A DNA stretch of 64,000 nt, taken from contig CAXXVS010000003.1 in NCBI GenBank assembly GCA_963674755.2, forward strand, positions 2,528,001 through 2,592,000. Reading direction: 5' to 3'. Each line of letters starts with the position of its first letter. The stretch's first letter is position 1. The translations under genes were made by a program, and so were the position numbers. Origin of the DNA: Desulfobacterales bacterium. GTDB taxonomy: Bacteria > Desulfobacterota > Desulfobacteria > Desulfobacterales > UBA5852. The notes beneath the pieces were generated by a model. The model ran no database searches and had not been told where the DNA came from. It worked only from the letters and a program-made list of their open reading frames with translations. Shown in pieces: positions 1 to 10,191 of the stretch.

Positions 1-27
1 TATCTTCCCGGGTGTTTCAAATATCAT
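1..27 (-). CDS. N-terminal fragment of a CDS running off the window edge (MIFETPGKI...)
   Basis: ATG at 27 (minus strand) preceded by AAGGAG; co-oriented with the next genes. Confidence 0.5.
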
Positions 28-82
28 GTGATCTCCTTGTGATCCCTCATTGCTGAAAACTGAATTCTCCGGTTGCCATGGG

Positions 83-712
83 TTAACCGGAGTTGTCCAG
101 CGATTTACTTCCCGGCGATGTGTCTCCGGCCAGCAGCACAATGCCGGCCATCAGGCCCATGGGAACCTGGTTGGGATCGCTTTCCCGGGTGATTTTGTCG
201 ATGGACCAGCCGACGGTCCGGGCGAGTTCGAAAAAGTTGACCCCCAGGCCGGAAATGGACGGCCGGGCCAGGTCCGGATGCCGGCAGGGTCCGGCATCGG
301 CGATGACCCGGCAGTCTTTTTCCCCGGCGCAGAAGATGCGCTTGCAGGAGCCGGCCGCCAGACCCCGGGCGTCCGTATACCCGCCGGCGACAGCCTGGCT
401 TTCGATAGCCGCGGCCGTCTCGTGAACCAGGCGGGACACCTCGAAACGGGCGTCACCCAGAAGCACTTCGGTGGGAACATCGAACTTGAAGACCAGGGCC
501 CGGGGAAATCGTTTCAGCAATTGCCGGAAGGCATTCGGTTTCATCACGTGGGGCGGGCAATTGGCACCCCGGCCAAAGCCGGGACAGCCGGGGTCCCGGC
601 AGATATCCGCCAGGTGGTCTTCCACTTTGATGCCCGCGGTGTTGATCATACGGGCGTCCGTCACGCCCAGCTGAAGGGCATATTGCAGCAATGGCGCTTC
701 AAAAGATGGCAT
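83..712 (-). CDS. DUF2284-like Cys-rich metal-binding protein
   Basis: CxxPGCPxFGxxxNCPP and GSCKxxFC...C...CRHPxxARPS motifs. Confidence 0.75.
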   Translation of the reverse strand: MPSFEAPLLQYALQLGVTDARMINTAGIKVEDHLADICRDPGCPGFGRGANCPPHVMKPNAFRQLLKRFPRALVFKFDVPTEVLLGDARFEVSRLVHETAAAIESQAVAGGYTDARGLAAGSCKRIFCAGEKDCRVIADAGPCRHPDLARPSISGLGVNFFELARTVGWSIDKITRESDPNQVPMGLMAGIVLLAGDTSPGSKSLDNSG

Positions 713-809
713 ATGTGATTTCCTGTTGATCCGTGGCCAGCCGGGCCATATTTAACGGAAGGGTTGCGATGGGCCCCATCGGCATACCGCTTCCTCCGAT
801 TATCGTGTC

Positions 810-1604
810 TCAAGGCGTAAAACGAAAGTGTGTTCCCGCAGGGAAAACCAATCCAAACGTTTCCTCCAAAACCTGCAGCAGTTCCACCGGATCCGCCAGG
901 GTCCGGGTGGTAATGGCCGCGCCCCGGTCGATGCTGAAGTCAAGATTAAGCAAGCTGTAGCGCGCTTCCGGCGTGGGCCGCTGGACCACGATACCGCGGG
1001 TGAACGGACTGTCCGGATGGGTGGAGACGTAGTGGTTGGCCACCTTGTAATCGATCCAGTATTGGGGTTCCAGGGTGAAGGCATAGAGGTCGATCCAGTT
1101 GTTTCCCTCCCGGGTCTGCAGAACCCAGGCGTCGCCCTCCGCCACGCTGCGGTAGGTCCAGTGGAAACGCTGGAAGATCCTTCCGGGCTGGAACGGCAGG
1201 GGCTTCAGAAAGCCCCGGGCCCCGAAGCCCACGTCCGCCAGCCACCGTTCGCCCCCCAGGTCCACCATCAGCAGCATGTGGGTGCGGGCGCGCACCCGGT
1301 CGCTGCCCACCCGCACCCGGGCGGCCAGCCGGGTGACCGGGAACCCTAGCGCTTCCAGTACCGCGGCCAGGAGCAGGTTATGCTCGAAACAATAGCCGCC
1401 GCGGCCGCCGTAGACGAGTTTGGCCTGAATGCTTTCCAGGTCCACCCGGATGGCGCGGCCCATGAGGATGTCGAGGTTTTCAAAGGGGATCCGGGTGGCA
1501 TGGGCCAGGTGAACGGCATCCAGCAGAGCGGGGCCCGGCGACAGGTCGCCGTGGTAGCCGATGCGCTGCAGGTAGGCCGACAGAGCGATCGCGGTGAGGC
1601 CCAC
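810..1604 (-). CDS. Arylamine N-acetyltransferase
   Basis: IPFENLD, RGGYCFEHN (catalytic Cys), THM (His) and ADVGFG (Asp) motifs. Confidence 0.92.
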   Translation of the reverse strand: MGLTAIALSAYLQRIGYHGDLSPGPALLDAVHLAHATRIPFENLDILMGRAIRVDLESIQAKLVYGGRGGYCFEHNLLLAAVLEALGFPVTRLAARVRVGSDRVRARTHMLLMVDLGGERWLADVGFGARGFLKPLPFQPGRIFQRFHWTYRSVAEGDAWVLQTREGNNWIDLYAFTLEPQYWIDYKVANHYVSTHPDSPFTRGIVVQRPTPEARYSLLNLDFSIDRGAAITTRTLADPVELLQVLEETFGLVFPAGTHFRFTP

Positions 1605-1608
1605 GGGC

Positions 1609-2064
1609 TTAAGCCAGCGCCGTTGGCCGCCGAACCGCTTCGACCGGGATGTCGTACACTTTCTGGGTCTTCGTCAGTTGGAAGCCGAGCCGTTCATAGA
1701 AGTGGTGGGCGCGGTCGCGGGCGGCGTTGCATCTGACCCGCATCCGCCCGATGCCGCGCTCCTGAAGCCATTGGGCGGCCGCGGTCACCAGCTCCGCACC
1801 GATGCCTCGGCTGCGTGCCTCGGCCGCCACCACCAGGCTGACAATTTCACCGCGCAGCCCTTCGGCCAGGCGGCTGTCGACCTGGGCCTGGAGGCATCCC
1901 ACGGCTTGGCCGTTTTCCCTTACCGCCACCAGAATGACGGCTTTTTCATCCAGTGTGGCAATGTGCCGGGCGATGTCCGCCGCGCTGCGGGCATAGCCCA
2001 GTTGATGCAGCAGGTCCGCAATTTCTTCGGCATCCGGGATGCCGGCTGCGCGGATATTGATCAT
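1609..2064 (-). CDS. GNAT family N-acetyltransferase (151 aa)
   Basis: Start reassigned to ATG 2064 after AAAGGA/GGAG; RSRGIG acetyl-CoA motif; AHHFYERLGF. Confidence 0.85.
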   Translation of the reverse strand: MINIRAAGIPDAEEIADLLHQLGYARSAADIARHIATLDEKAVILVAVRENGQAVGCLQAQVDSRLAEGLRGEIVSLVVAAEARSRGIGAELVTAAAQWLQERGIGRMRVRCNAARDRAHHFYERLGFQLTKTQKVYDIPVEAVRRPTALA

Positions 2065-2401
2065 CTCCGTGATTCCTTTTGTCCTGATGGCCCGTCGCAT
2101 GGATCGCTTGGCCCGTATTCGGCGGTGGTGTCCGCCTGAAGGCCGGCCGCTGGTCGCCTCCCTCATACGATACCTAACGGCGGATGGCAAGGTGCCTGGG
2201 CGGAGACTGGCTATCCCATAAAAAAACCAGGACCGGTGGCGCAAAGGCGCTCGCGGACGGGACCAGAATGGCCTTCGGGCATCAGGGCCGTTCGAAGGCC
2301 AGGCGACGCATCTTTCCCCTTCACTTGCCCAAGCGACCGCGCTATAAATGGCTTCCCCCTGATGGAAACTTGCTTCAACCGAACCGATGGGAGTGCCGCC
2401 G

Positions 2402-3511
2402 ATGCCTGATACCGCCGATGCCCAACGCGAGGCGTTTGCCCGCAAAATGACCGACATTCTCAATCTCGGCGCCCTGAACCTGGCCATGGGGCTGGGCTAC
2501 CGTCTGGGGTTGTTCGAGGCCCTGGATGCCCTGGCGGCACCCGCCAGCTGCGACGCCATTGCGGTGCAGGCCGAATTGGATACCCGCTATGTAAGGGAAT
2601 GGCTGGGGATCATGGTGTGCGGCGGCATCGTGGAATTGTCGGCAGATGATCGCGGCCGGGACCGCTTTCATCTGCCCCGGGCGCACGCCGATCTCATCAC
2701 CCGGCGGGCCGGCAGCGCCAATCTGGGGGTCTACACCCAGGAAATCCCGCTGCTGACCCGTTGCGCCGTGGAGGAGGTTGCAGAAGGCTTCCGGACCGGC
2801 CGGGGGGTGGAATACCGGCACTACCCGCGCTTCCAGCAGTTCATGGGACAACTGGCCGACGCCAAGCACCGGCAAGTCCTGGTGGGCACGTTTCTGCCTT
2901 CGGTGGACGAGGGCCGCATGGTCCGTCTGATGACCGACGGTATCCGGGTCTGCGATCTGGGATGTGCCGAAGGGCTGGCCTTGATGCTCATGGCCGAAGC
3001 CTTTCCCCGCAGCACCTTCGTCGGGCTGGACATTTCCGAAGAAGCCCTGCACACGGCACGCACCGCCGCCGCATCGCAAGGGTTGACCAACGTCACCTTT
3101 ATCCAAGAGGATGCGGCCGCGTTGAACGATTCGTCTTCCCTGGCGGGTTCGTTCGATTACGTGACGGCCTTTGACGCCATCCACGACCAGACCCAACCCC
3201 TGGCGGCGCTCCGGGGCGTGCGCGCCCTCCTGAAGCCGGGCGGGGCCTTTTCCATGGTGGATATCGCCGCCGCCAGCCGCCTGGCGGACAACCGGGACCA
3301 TCCCATGGGATCATTTCTTTATACGGTCAGCCTGATGCACTGCATGCCCGTGGGGCTGGTGGACGGCGGAACCGGGCTGGGCATGATGTGGGGCCGGGAA
3401 AAGGCGGTGGCCCTGCTGAACGAGGCCGGCTTCGGGGATGTTGTGGTGACCGCGATCCCGCAGGATGCGTTCAACCTCCATTTCTTCTGCCGCAAAACAA
3501 GGGCTTCATAA
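2402..3511 (+). CDS. Class I SAM-dependent methyltransferase with N-terminal winged helix (Rv2258c-like)
   Basis: RYVREWL wHTH segment; VCDLGCAEG motif I; FDAIHD; LHCMPV-like YTVSLMHCMP; start could also be 2387. Confidence 0.85.
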   Translation: MPDTADAQREAFARKMTDILNLGALNLAMGLGYRLGLFEALDALAAPASCDAIAVQAELDTRYVREWLGIMVCGGIVELSADDRGRDRFHLPRAHADLITRRAGSANLGVYTQEIPLLTRCAVEEVAEGFRTGRGVEYRHYPRFQQFMGQLADAKHRQVLVGTFLPSVDEGRMVRLMTDGIRVCDLGCAEGLALMLMAEAFPRSTFVGLDISEEALHTARTAAASQGLTNVTFIQEDAAALNDSSSLAGSFDYVTAFDAIHDQTQPLAALRGVRALLKPGGAFSMVDIAAASRLADNRDHPMGSFLYTVSLMHCMPVGLVDGGTGLGMMWGREKAVALLNEAGFGDVVVTAIPQDAFNLHFFCRKTRAS

Positions 3512-3641
3512 AAGGGCCACTATCGGCGCTGTGCGGCCTTCGGCCCCCGCGTCAGCGGCACGCTTCGCCGCTGCGGCGTAGGGATGTACGCCTCGTTCCT
3601 CAGCCTTTGCACGCCTTGATCTTGGCCTTTCTGCGCAACCG
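3501..3641. repeat. REP/MITE-like palindromic element (subfamily A)
   Basis: Imperfect inverted ends GGGCTTCATAAAAGGGCCA / TGGCCTTTCTGCGCAACC; central GGCGTA-N6-TACGCC hairpin and GCCTTG motif shared with other copies in the window. Confidence 0.6.
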
Positions 3642-3868
3642 TCCGGAAGGGATGGGCCTGCGGCCGAGAAGAGACCCGTGCGGTGCCGGAGGGTTCCCGG
3701 CCTCCCACGGTTTGCGGGATTGCCCGGCTGGCGCATGCAGGCGAGGCTGGAACGGGCCTTCGCCGATGCCCACCGCCAGAGCTGGACTGCAAGCGCCGGT
3801 GTTGACGCGCACAGACGAACACGCCCCCCGCGCCCTTGATGTCGGATCAACTTCCGGGCGGATTTTCC

Positions 3869-3895
3869 TAAAGCTGCACTGAAAAGTGCCAATAT
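3869..3895 (+). promoter_or_regulatory. Candidate sigma28 (FliA) promoter
   Basis: TAAA-N15-GCCAATAT versus consensus TAAA-N15-GCCGATAA, upstream of a chemoreceptor. Confidence 0.55.
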
Positions 3896-4003
3896 GTAGA
3901 TCAGCCCCCCGCCGAATCGGATTTTGCCTGGCTTCCGGTTTGGCGGTGGGCGGTTTTGCGTATTTGCCAAGCCCTTTCAAATTCCCTGCAAGGAGAGGAA
4001 CCC

Positions 4004-6127
4004 ATGTTTTTGAAGCGGTCCCTGAAGTTCAAGCTGATTGCCCTCGGTGTCATCCTGTCGGTGGCGCCGCTTTGCGTGGTGGCTCTGAGCACATTTTACC
4101 AGACACGTCATATGTCCGACGTGGCCTCAGACGGCCTGGCCCGGTTGACCCACGAAAACCTGACCAACACCGTGAACGGGGTCAGGACCATGTTGAACGC
4201 TCAAAACGAAGTCCTGCAGAACCAGGTCGTCAGCAATCTGAACGTCGCCCGGCGGGTCGTGCGGGACGGGGGGAACCTCTTCCTTGACGCTTCTGAAACG
4301 GCCACCTGGCAGGCTGTCAACCAGTTTACCAAGGCATCCCAGGCGGTGGATTTGCCCCACATGACGCTTGGGGGGGAGTGGCTGGGCCAGAACGCGGATC
4401 CGGGTGTTCCCACCCTGATGGTGGACGAGGTCAAGCTTCTGGTGGAGGGCACCTGCACGGTGTTCCAGCGTATGAACGAGGCCGGGGACATGCTGCGGGT
4501 GGCGACCAATGTGAAGAACCTCGATGGTACGCGGGCCATCGGCACCTATCTGCCGGCGGTCAACCCGGACGGCACCCCCAATCCAGTGATCGTCAGCCTA
4601 TTGGACCGGAAAACCTTTTGCGGAAGGGCTTATGTGGTCAATGCCTGGTACCTGACAGCCTATGAGCCCCTGTTCAACAATGACGGGGACATTATAGGGG
4701 CCCTTTATTTCGGCGTGGAACAAGAGGCCACTTCGGCCATGCGGGAAGCCCTGATGAACACGAAGATCGGCCAGACCGGTTATATATGGATCATCGACAG
4801 CAAAGGCAACTATGTGCTGTCCAAGAACGGCAAGCGCGATGGGGAAAGCATTCTGGGCGCCAAGGATGCCGACGGCAACGCATTTGTCAAGGATATCATC
4901 GCCAAAGCCCGCGGCTCCCGGGAAGGGGAAATCTTTGACAGCGTCTATCACTGGAAAAATCAGGGCGATGCAAAGGTGCGTCTGAAGATCAGTAAAGTCA
5001 CCTACTTCAAACCCTGGGACTGGATCATCGGGGCCGGGACCTTTGAAGACGAGTTCTTCCAGGCCCGCGACACCATCGAAGCCCGCGGCCGTGCCAACAT
5101 GCACATCCTGCTGGTACTGATCGGCATTGCCCTGGCGGCCTCCCTGGGCCTGTGGACCGTTATGGGCCATCGAATCGGCAGGCGGCTCGCGGCTTTCGCC
5201 GCCCACATGCAGGGGGCGTCCGACGAGGTGGCCTCGGCGGCCGGAGAAGTCTCCGCGGCCAGCCAGTCCCTGGCCGAAGGGGCCTCCCAGCAGGCGGCTT
5301 CCATCGAGGAGACATCGGCCTCGCTGGAGGAGATGGCGTCCATGACCAAACAGAACGCCGACCACGCCAACCAGGCCGATGCGCTCATGAAGGATGCCAA
5401 CACGACCATTGCCAAGGCCAACACGACAATGGACCGTATGACCGAATCCATGACGGCCATTTCCCAGACGGGCGAGGAGACCCAAAAGATCGTCAAGACC
5501 ATCGACGAGATTGCTTTTCAGACCAACCTGCTGGCCTTGAATGCCGCGGTGGAGGCGGCCAGGGCCGGCGAGGCCGGGGCGGGGTTTGCCGTGGTGGCGG
5601 ACGAAGTCCGCAACCTGGCCATGCGGGCGGCCGAGGCCGCTCAAAACACTTCGTCGCTTATCGAGGAGTCGGTGCGCCAGATCAAGGAAGGCGCCGAACT
5701 GGTGGATGTCACCAACAAGGCCTTTGACGAGGTGGCCGTGCAGGCCGACGAGGTGACGCACCTGATCGGGGAGATTGCAGGGGCTTCCACGGAACAGGCC
5801 CAAGGCATCGATCAGGTCAACACGGCCGTCAGCGAGATGGACCGGGTGGTGCAGCAGAACGCCGCCACGGCTGAAGAATCCGCTTCAGCCTCCGCAGAGA
5901 TGAATGCCCAGGCTGAACAGGTGAAGACCACGGTGAACGAACTCGTGGCTTACATCGAGGGCGGGGCGACGCCCCCGCCGGCGGCCGCGGTCCACAGCGC
6001 GAGCCCCGGCCGGACCGGTAACATCCCAGCGCGCAAGAAGCCTGGGCTGCAGGCGCCGGCCTCCGGCCTCCAAAGCGCCCAGGAAGCCCGTTCCATAGAA
6101 GCCCCGGAAGTCTACGACGATTTTTAG
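4004..6127 (+). CDS. Methyl-accepting chemotaxis protein with periplasmic Cache domains
   Basis: Two TM helices; Cache-like TCTVFQRMN...RVATNV...GTRAIGT; signalling hairpin [43 protein letters not shown]. Confidence 0.95.
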   Translation: MFLKRSLKFKLIALGVILSVAPLCVVALSTFYQTRHMSDVASDGLARLTHENLTNTVNGVRTMLNAQNEVLQNQVVSNLNVARRVVRDGGNLFLDASETATWQAVNQFTKASQAVDLPHMTLGGEWLGQNADPGVPTLMVDEVKLLVEGTCTVFQRMNEAGDMLRVATNVKNLDGTRAIGTYLPAVNPDGTPNPVIVSLLDRKTFCGRAYVVNAWYLTAYEPLFNNDGDIIGALYFGVEQEATSAMREALMNTKIGQTGYIWIIDSKGNYVLSKNGKRDGESILGAKDADGNAFVKDIIAKARGSREGEIFDSVYHWKNQGDAKVRLKISKVTYFKPWDWIIGAGTFEDEFFQARDTIEARGRANMHILLVLIGIALAASLGLWTVMGHRIGRRLAAFAAHMQGASDEVASAAGEVSAASQSLAEGASQQAASIEETSASLEEMASMTKQNADHANQADALMKDANTTIAKANTTMDRMTESMTAISQTGEETQKIVKTIDEIAFQTNLLALNAAVEAARAGEAGAGFAVVADEVRNLAMRAAEAAQNTSSLIEESVRQIKEGAELVDVTNKAFDEVAVQADEVTHLIGEIAGASTEQAQGIDQVNTAVSEMDRVVQQNAATAEESASASAEMNAQAEQVKTTVNELVAYIEGGATPPPAAAVHSASPGRTGNIPARKKPGLQAPASGLQSAQEARSIEAPEVYDDF

Positions 6128-6211
6128 GGCCTTTCCGAAACGCTGGGCAAGCTTCGTCAAGGGCGCGTCGCAAGACGCGCTGCTTTTTCCGGGGATAGAA
6201 GCGATTTTCGC

Positions 6212-7012
6212 TTACGGCAATTCGCTGATCCAGCTGCCCCCGTCCAGCCATTTGGCGTGGATCTTTTTCAACTGCCCGGTCCCCTGGAGGGTGTTCAGAA
6301 AGTTGCGGACCCAATTGATCAGGAGGGTATCTTCGGCCATGGCAATCCCCAGCGGTTCGAATGTCAGGGGGGATTTCCCCGCCGAAAGCCCCTTGTCCTG
6401 ATAGCGGTAGGCTGCATAGGCGCAAAAGGGGAGGTCGGCCACCATGACGTCCGCCTTTTTGGCCAGAACGAGGGCGATAGCGTCGCCATAGGATGCGGCC
6501 GGCAGCAGCTTGGCCTTGGGCATAAGGCTTTCGGCAAATATCTGGCTGGTGGAATCCTTCAGTGCCGTTACGGTGACATCGGGCGCATTCAACCCGTCGG
6601 CATTCTGGAGTTCGGCATAGCGCTGCTCCAGGGCCAGAATCCCCTTGCCGGAGACGTAATAAGGTCCCACGAAAGCCACCTTGCGGTTGCGGTCCGCCGT
6701 AATGGTCATGCCGGAGAGGACCATGTCCACCTTGCCGGCTTCCAGGGCCGGCAGCAGATCGGCAAACGGCATCCGGACAAATTCGACAGGAACCCCCAGG
6801 TCTTCGGCCATGGCATTGGCCAGGTCGATATCCATCCCGATGAGTTCACCGTTCTTGGCCGTAGCGCTCATGGGGGGCTGCTGGCCGGTGGTTCCCACCT
6901 TCAATACTTTGTGCGCCAGAATGCGGTCCATCACCGGGCCGGCCGAGGTGTTGACCACCGTCAGGGCCACGGAAAGGACGATTACCCAAAAGCAAACCAG
7001 TTGTTTTCGCAT
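6212..7012 (-). CDS. Polar amino acid ABC transporter substrate-binding protein (family 3)
   Basis: Signal peptide; GMDIDLA and LEAGKVDMVLSGMTITADR motifs. Confidence 0.9.
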   Translation of the reverse strand: MRKQLVCFWVIVLSVALTVVNTSAGPVMDRILAHKVLKVGTTGQQPPMSATAKNGELIGMDIDLANAMAEDLGVPVEFVRMPFADLLPALEAGKVDMVLSGMTITADRNRKVAFVGPYYVSGKGILALEQRYAELQNADGLNAPDVTVTALKDSTSQIFAESLMPKAKLLPAASYGDAIALVLAKKADVMVADLPFCAYAAYRYQDKGLSAGKSPLTFEPLGIAMAEDTLLINWVRNFLNTLQGTGQLKKIHAKWLDGGSWISELP

Positions 7013-7152
7013 GGGATGGCTCCTCTAAAAATGGTTTCAAGGGAAAATCGAAGAGGGTGATGATGCCCCTCTTGATAGAGGTTCTTCGCGCGCTTTTCAA
7101 GAAGGAGGCCGCGATGGCCCCGCGTCCATGGGATGGCATCGGTGCGGGACCG

Positions 7153-8082
7153 TCACTCTACAGGGCGGGATTCGGCGAAGCTGCCGGCACAGATCCGGTT
7201 GCGGCCGGCCTTTTTGGCGTTGTAGAGTTGTTTGTCGGCCGCTGCCACCATTTGCTCGGCCAGTATTTCGCCGTCCGTATGGGTGTAGCTCTGGAGTCCG
7301 ATGCTGGTGGTGACGGCGACGCGCTGCGGTCCGCAGCGGAAAGGGCAAGCGGCCACCAGGGCACGGAGTTTTTCGCAGAATTGCAGGGCCGCGGTCGCAT
7401 CGGCTTCGGGCAGGATGATCGCGAATTCATCGCCTCCGTAGCGCGCCAGCAGATCGGACTCCCGGGTGTGGTGCTTGACCAGTTTCACGAAGGCCATGAG
7501 GATTTCATCACCGGCCGGGTGGCCGTGGGTATCGTTGATGTCCTTGAACTGGTCGATATCCAGCAGGGCCAACGACAGGCAGCGCTCGTAGCGCAGGGCG
7601 CGGCTGAGTTCACGTTTGAGCGATTCCTGGAAATAGGGCCTGTTGAAGGCCTGGGTCAGGTCGTCCACCGTCATCAGCCGATAGATATCTTCGTGGAATC
7701 TGCTTTCGGCGTTGTTGCGGGAAAGGAATTTGAGGACGGTTTCCCCCAGGTGCAGCCGGTCGCCGTCCTGCAGTTCGGCCTGCTGCACGCGATGGCCGTT
7801 GACGAACAGGCCATTGGTGGCGTCCAGGTCGCTGGCGGTCACCCTATCGCGCGCTACCGCGATTTGGGCATGCCGGCGGGAAACGCTGTCTTCCGGCAGG
7901 TGAATATCGCAGGATCCGTCCCGGCCGATGGTTTGTAAGGCGTCCTGCAGATAGAACGTCTTGCCGAGCTGGGCCCCGTAGACGACCACCAGGGCCGGCG
8001 GAGCACATGGTAGGCCGTCATATAGATCGACCGGCCCGTCGACGGCAATGGTTTCCTGCTCGTTGGTCATGTCTTTTGCCAT
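7153..8082 (-). CDS. FHA-domain diguanylate cyclase
   Basis: FHA motifs IGR, SRRH, TNG; intact GGDEF with RxxD (RESD) I-site; DxDxFKxINDxxGH. Confidence 0.92.
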   Translation of the reverse strand: MAKDMTNEQETIAVDGPVDLYDGLPCAPPALVVVYGAQLGKTFYLQDALQTIGRDGSCDIHLPEDSVSRRHAQIAVARDRVTASDLDATNGLFVNGHRVQQAELQDGDRLHLGETVLKFLSRNNAESRFHEDIYRLMTVDDLTQAFNRPYFQESLKRELSRALRYERCLSLALLDIDQFKDINDTHGHPAGDEILMAFVKLVKHHTRESDLLARYGGDEFAIILPEADATAALQFCEKLRALVAACPFRCGPQRVAVTTSIGLQSYTHTDGEILAEQMVAAADKQLYNAKKAGRNRICAGSFAESRPVE

Positions 8083-8209
8083 CCTGCCGCCCAGCCTTTC
8101 ATGGTTGCCATGTTGCGGTGTTGTCGCCCGTACGGAAAGGGACTCTTTTCCATATAACGGTTAACCCGTCATGAATCAAATATATTGACAAAAGATCTGA
8201 AATTTGACC

Positions 8210-8229
8210 AATGATAATTGTTATCAATT
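8210..8229. promoter_or_regulatory. Fur/Per box downstream of a TTGACA (8185-8190)
   Basis: AATGATAATTGTTATCAATT, close to the GATAATGATAATCATTATC consensus; directly upstream of a Fur-family gene. Confidence 0.7.
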
Positions 8230-8259
8230 AAAGGGAGCGGCTTCCGGGCCGGCCACGGG

Positions 8260-8721
8260 TTGCAATTCAACGATCCGCAAGAACGTTTCGAGATGATCGT
8301 CAGGAAGATGCGGGAGAACGGTCACAAGCTTACGCCTCAGCGTTTGGCCGTGGCCCGGATTTTGGCCCGCAGTGAAGGGCATCCCGGCGTCGAGGCCATC
8401 TATGAACAGCTGCAGGATGATTTCCCCACCATGAGTCTGGCCACGGTCTATCGCAGCGTGATGCTGATCAAATCCCTGGGGGAGGTGCTGGAGCTCGGAT
8501 TCCCGGACAGCGGCAACCGTTATGACGGCAACAAACCCTATCCCCATCCCCATGTGATCTGCGTGCGCTGCAGGAAAATCTTCGATCCCGAGCTGCCCAG
8601 CCTGCAAGACTTGACCCGGGAGGTCACGGCGGCCAGCGGTTTTAAGATCCTGACCCATCGCATGGATTTTTTTGGCATCTGCCGGGCATGCCAGGGCAAG
8701 GAGAGGGATACGGATCGTTAA
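8260..8721 (+). CDS. Fur family transcriptional regulator (PerR-like)
   Basis: KLTPQRLAV, SLATVYR, HPHVICVRC and C-terminal CxxC; start uncertain (TTG 8260 chosen because TTG 8218 lies inside the operator). Confidence 0.9.
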   Translation: MQFNDPQERFEMIVRKMRENGHKLTPQRLAVARILARSEGHPGVEAIYEQLQDDFPTMSLATVYRSVMLIKSLGEVLELGFPDSGNRYDGNKPYPHPHVICVRCRKIFDPELPSLQDLTREVTAASGFKILTHRMDFFGICRACQGKERDTDR

Positions 8722-8737
8722 TTTTTTTTGCCAGGCA

Positions 8738-8789
8738 TATGCGAATCATTATCAATTGATATGTTGAGCTTTTTGAAAATCAATTCGAA
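8738..8789. promoter_or_regulatory. Two Fur-like boxes
   Basis: TGCGAATCATTATCAAT (about 8740-8756) and TTGAAAATCAATTCGAA (8773-8789) in an AT-rich spacer. Confidence 0.55.
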
Positions 8790-8808
8790 TAACCAGGAGA
8801 ATTCCCCT

Positions 8809-9009
8809 ATGGCAGAAAAAGAAATCAAGCAGATCTGCAAATGCGAAAGCTGCGGCAACGAGTCTGAAATGGTCATCACCTGTTCACTGGTGGAGGAAGA
8901 ACTTCAGACGTCGGCCAAAACGCCGGTGAAAAAGGTCCGTGCCAAGGGACACGGGGTCTGCACCCATTGCGGCAACGAGGCCGATATCTGGGTGGATGTA
9001 GCGTCATAA
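8809..9009 (+). CDS. 66-aa protein with two CxxCGNE knuckles (rubredoxin/zinc-ribbon-like)
   Basis: RBS AGGAG; CESCGNESEM and CTHCGNEADI. Confidence 0.75.
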   Translation: MAEKEIKQICKCESCGNESEMVITCSLVEEELQTSAKTPVKKVRAKGHGVCTHCGNEADIWVDVAS

Positions 9010-9353
9010 GCCGCCGGAGGCCGACGGCCATACCCGGAGCGGAGCGGTGTTGAAGGACGGTCTGCTCTCTGCTATATTGGCCGCCATACCTGCCGAGAAG
9101 TATTCGCAGATGATTCCGCAGGCAGAGCCAAGGCCCTGTTGTCGATATTCATGAAAAGCCTTTCAGCAACTCCGAAGGGACCGATACACGTTCCCTGAAG
9201 TGACCGCTGCTTTTGTTCGCAAGGGACGGTTACACTTGATCGACGCGGATTGAAGCAGGCCGGCACCGGACTGTAGGCAGGCCTTTGCCCCAGCGGTTAA
9301 GGCCGTACCAGAATCCAATTTCCCCCACAATATCAATCCAAGGAGGTTATTTA

Positions 9354-9893
9354 ATGGCAAAGGCAACGAAGGAGACACGCAGGAAAAAAGTCATCGAAGT
9401 ACTGAACAAGGCCCGGGCCATGGAGCTGGAAGCCATCTATCAGTACATGAACCAGCACTACAACCTGGACGACAAGGATTACGGGGAGCTGGCCGCCAAG
9501 ATCAAATTGATCGCGATCGATGAAATGCGCCATGCCGAGATGTTTGCCGAGCGCATCAAGGAGCTGGGCGGCGAACCGGTCACCGAGCATGGCGGCAAGA
9601 TCGTCAAAGGGCAGCCCGCAGATAAAATCTTCTCCTACGATACGGTCCTCGAAGATGACACCATCGACGCCTACAACCAGTTTCTGCTGGTCTGCCGCGA
9701 CAACGGGGACAGTGGCAGCGTTAAGATCTTCGAGCAGATCATCGACGAGGAGCAGATCCATTTCAACTATTTCGATGCCGTGAACAACCACATCGCAGAG
9801 TTGGGGCAAACCTACCTGGCCAAGATTGCCGGAACACCTTCTTCCACCGGCCTGGGTAACAGCGGGTTTGTGGTCAGCGCGGGGGGTGAATAA
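9354..9893 (+). CDS. bfr: Bacterioferritin (Desulfovibrio type, 179 aa)
   Basis: RBS AAGGAGG; KVIEVLNKARAMEL, IAIDEMRHAE (haem Met, ferroxidase ligands), EExxH, TYLAKIAGTPSSTG. Confidence 0.93.
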   Translation: MAKATKETRRKKVIEVLNKARAMELEAIYQYMNQHYNLDDKDYGELAAKIKLIAIDEMRHAEMFAERIKELGGEPVTEHGGKIVKGQPADKIFSYDTVLEDDTIDAYNQFLLVCRDNGDSGSVKIFEQIIDEEQIHFNYFDAVNNHIAELGQTYLAKIAGTPSSTGLGNSGFVVSAGGE

Positions 9894-9937
9894 GGTTACG
9901 ATCGCCACCGGGTAAGGTTGCTGTGAGGACGAATTGT

Positions 9938-9984
9938 AAGAAAACCGGGTTCGGGGCGGATGCCTCTGATCCGGTTTTCTTTTT
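9938..9984 (+). terminator. Rho-independent terminator
   Basis: AAGAAAACCGG...CCGGTTTTCTTTTT long stem followed by a T tract. Confidence 0.8.
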
Positions 9985-10191
9985 GACGCCTTGATGAAAT
10001 CGCCCTCGGATGCGGTCGTGCTGAATCACGGTAACGGTTTGTCGACCGGCCTTGCTTTTCTCCCTGCAATCCCCGCTCGCTTGCCGGTGGCAGGGGATGC
10101 GTGTATATTATTTTTTCAGGAAACGACCATCACCACTTGATCGTCTGCACCGCCCAACGGTGGTGCGGCATTGCCCGCGGGGAGAAACACG

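Noticed and set aside
2172..2225. ACCTAAC core and GGCTATCCCA half-repeat (the latter also at 60721)
   Set aside because: No matching partner arm; too short to call an attC or a MITE
9010..9340. Gene remnant or sRNA between the mini-protein and bfr
   Set aside because: No recognisable motif or convincing structure
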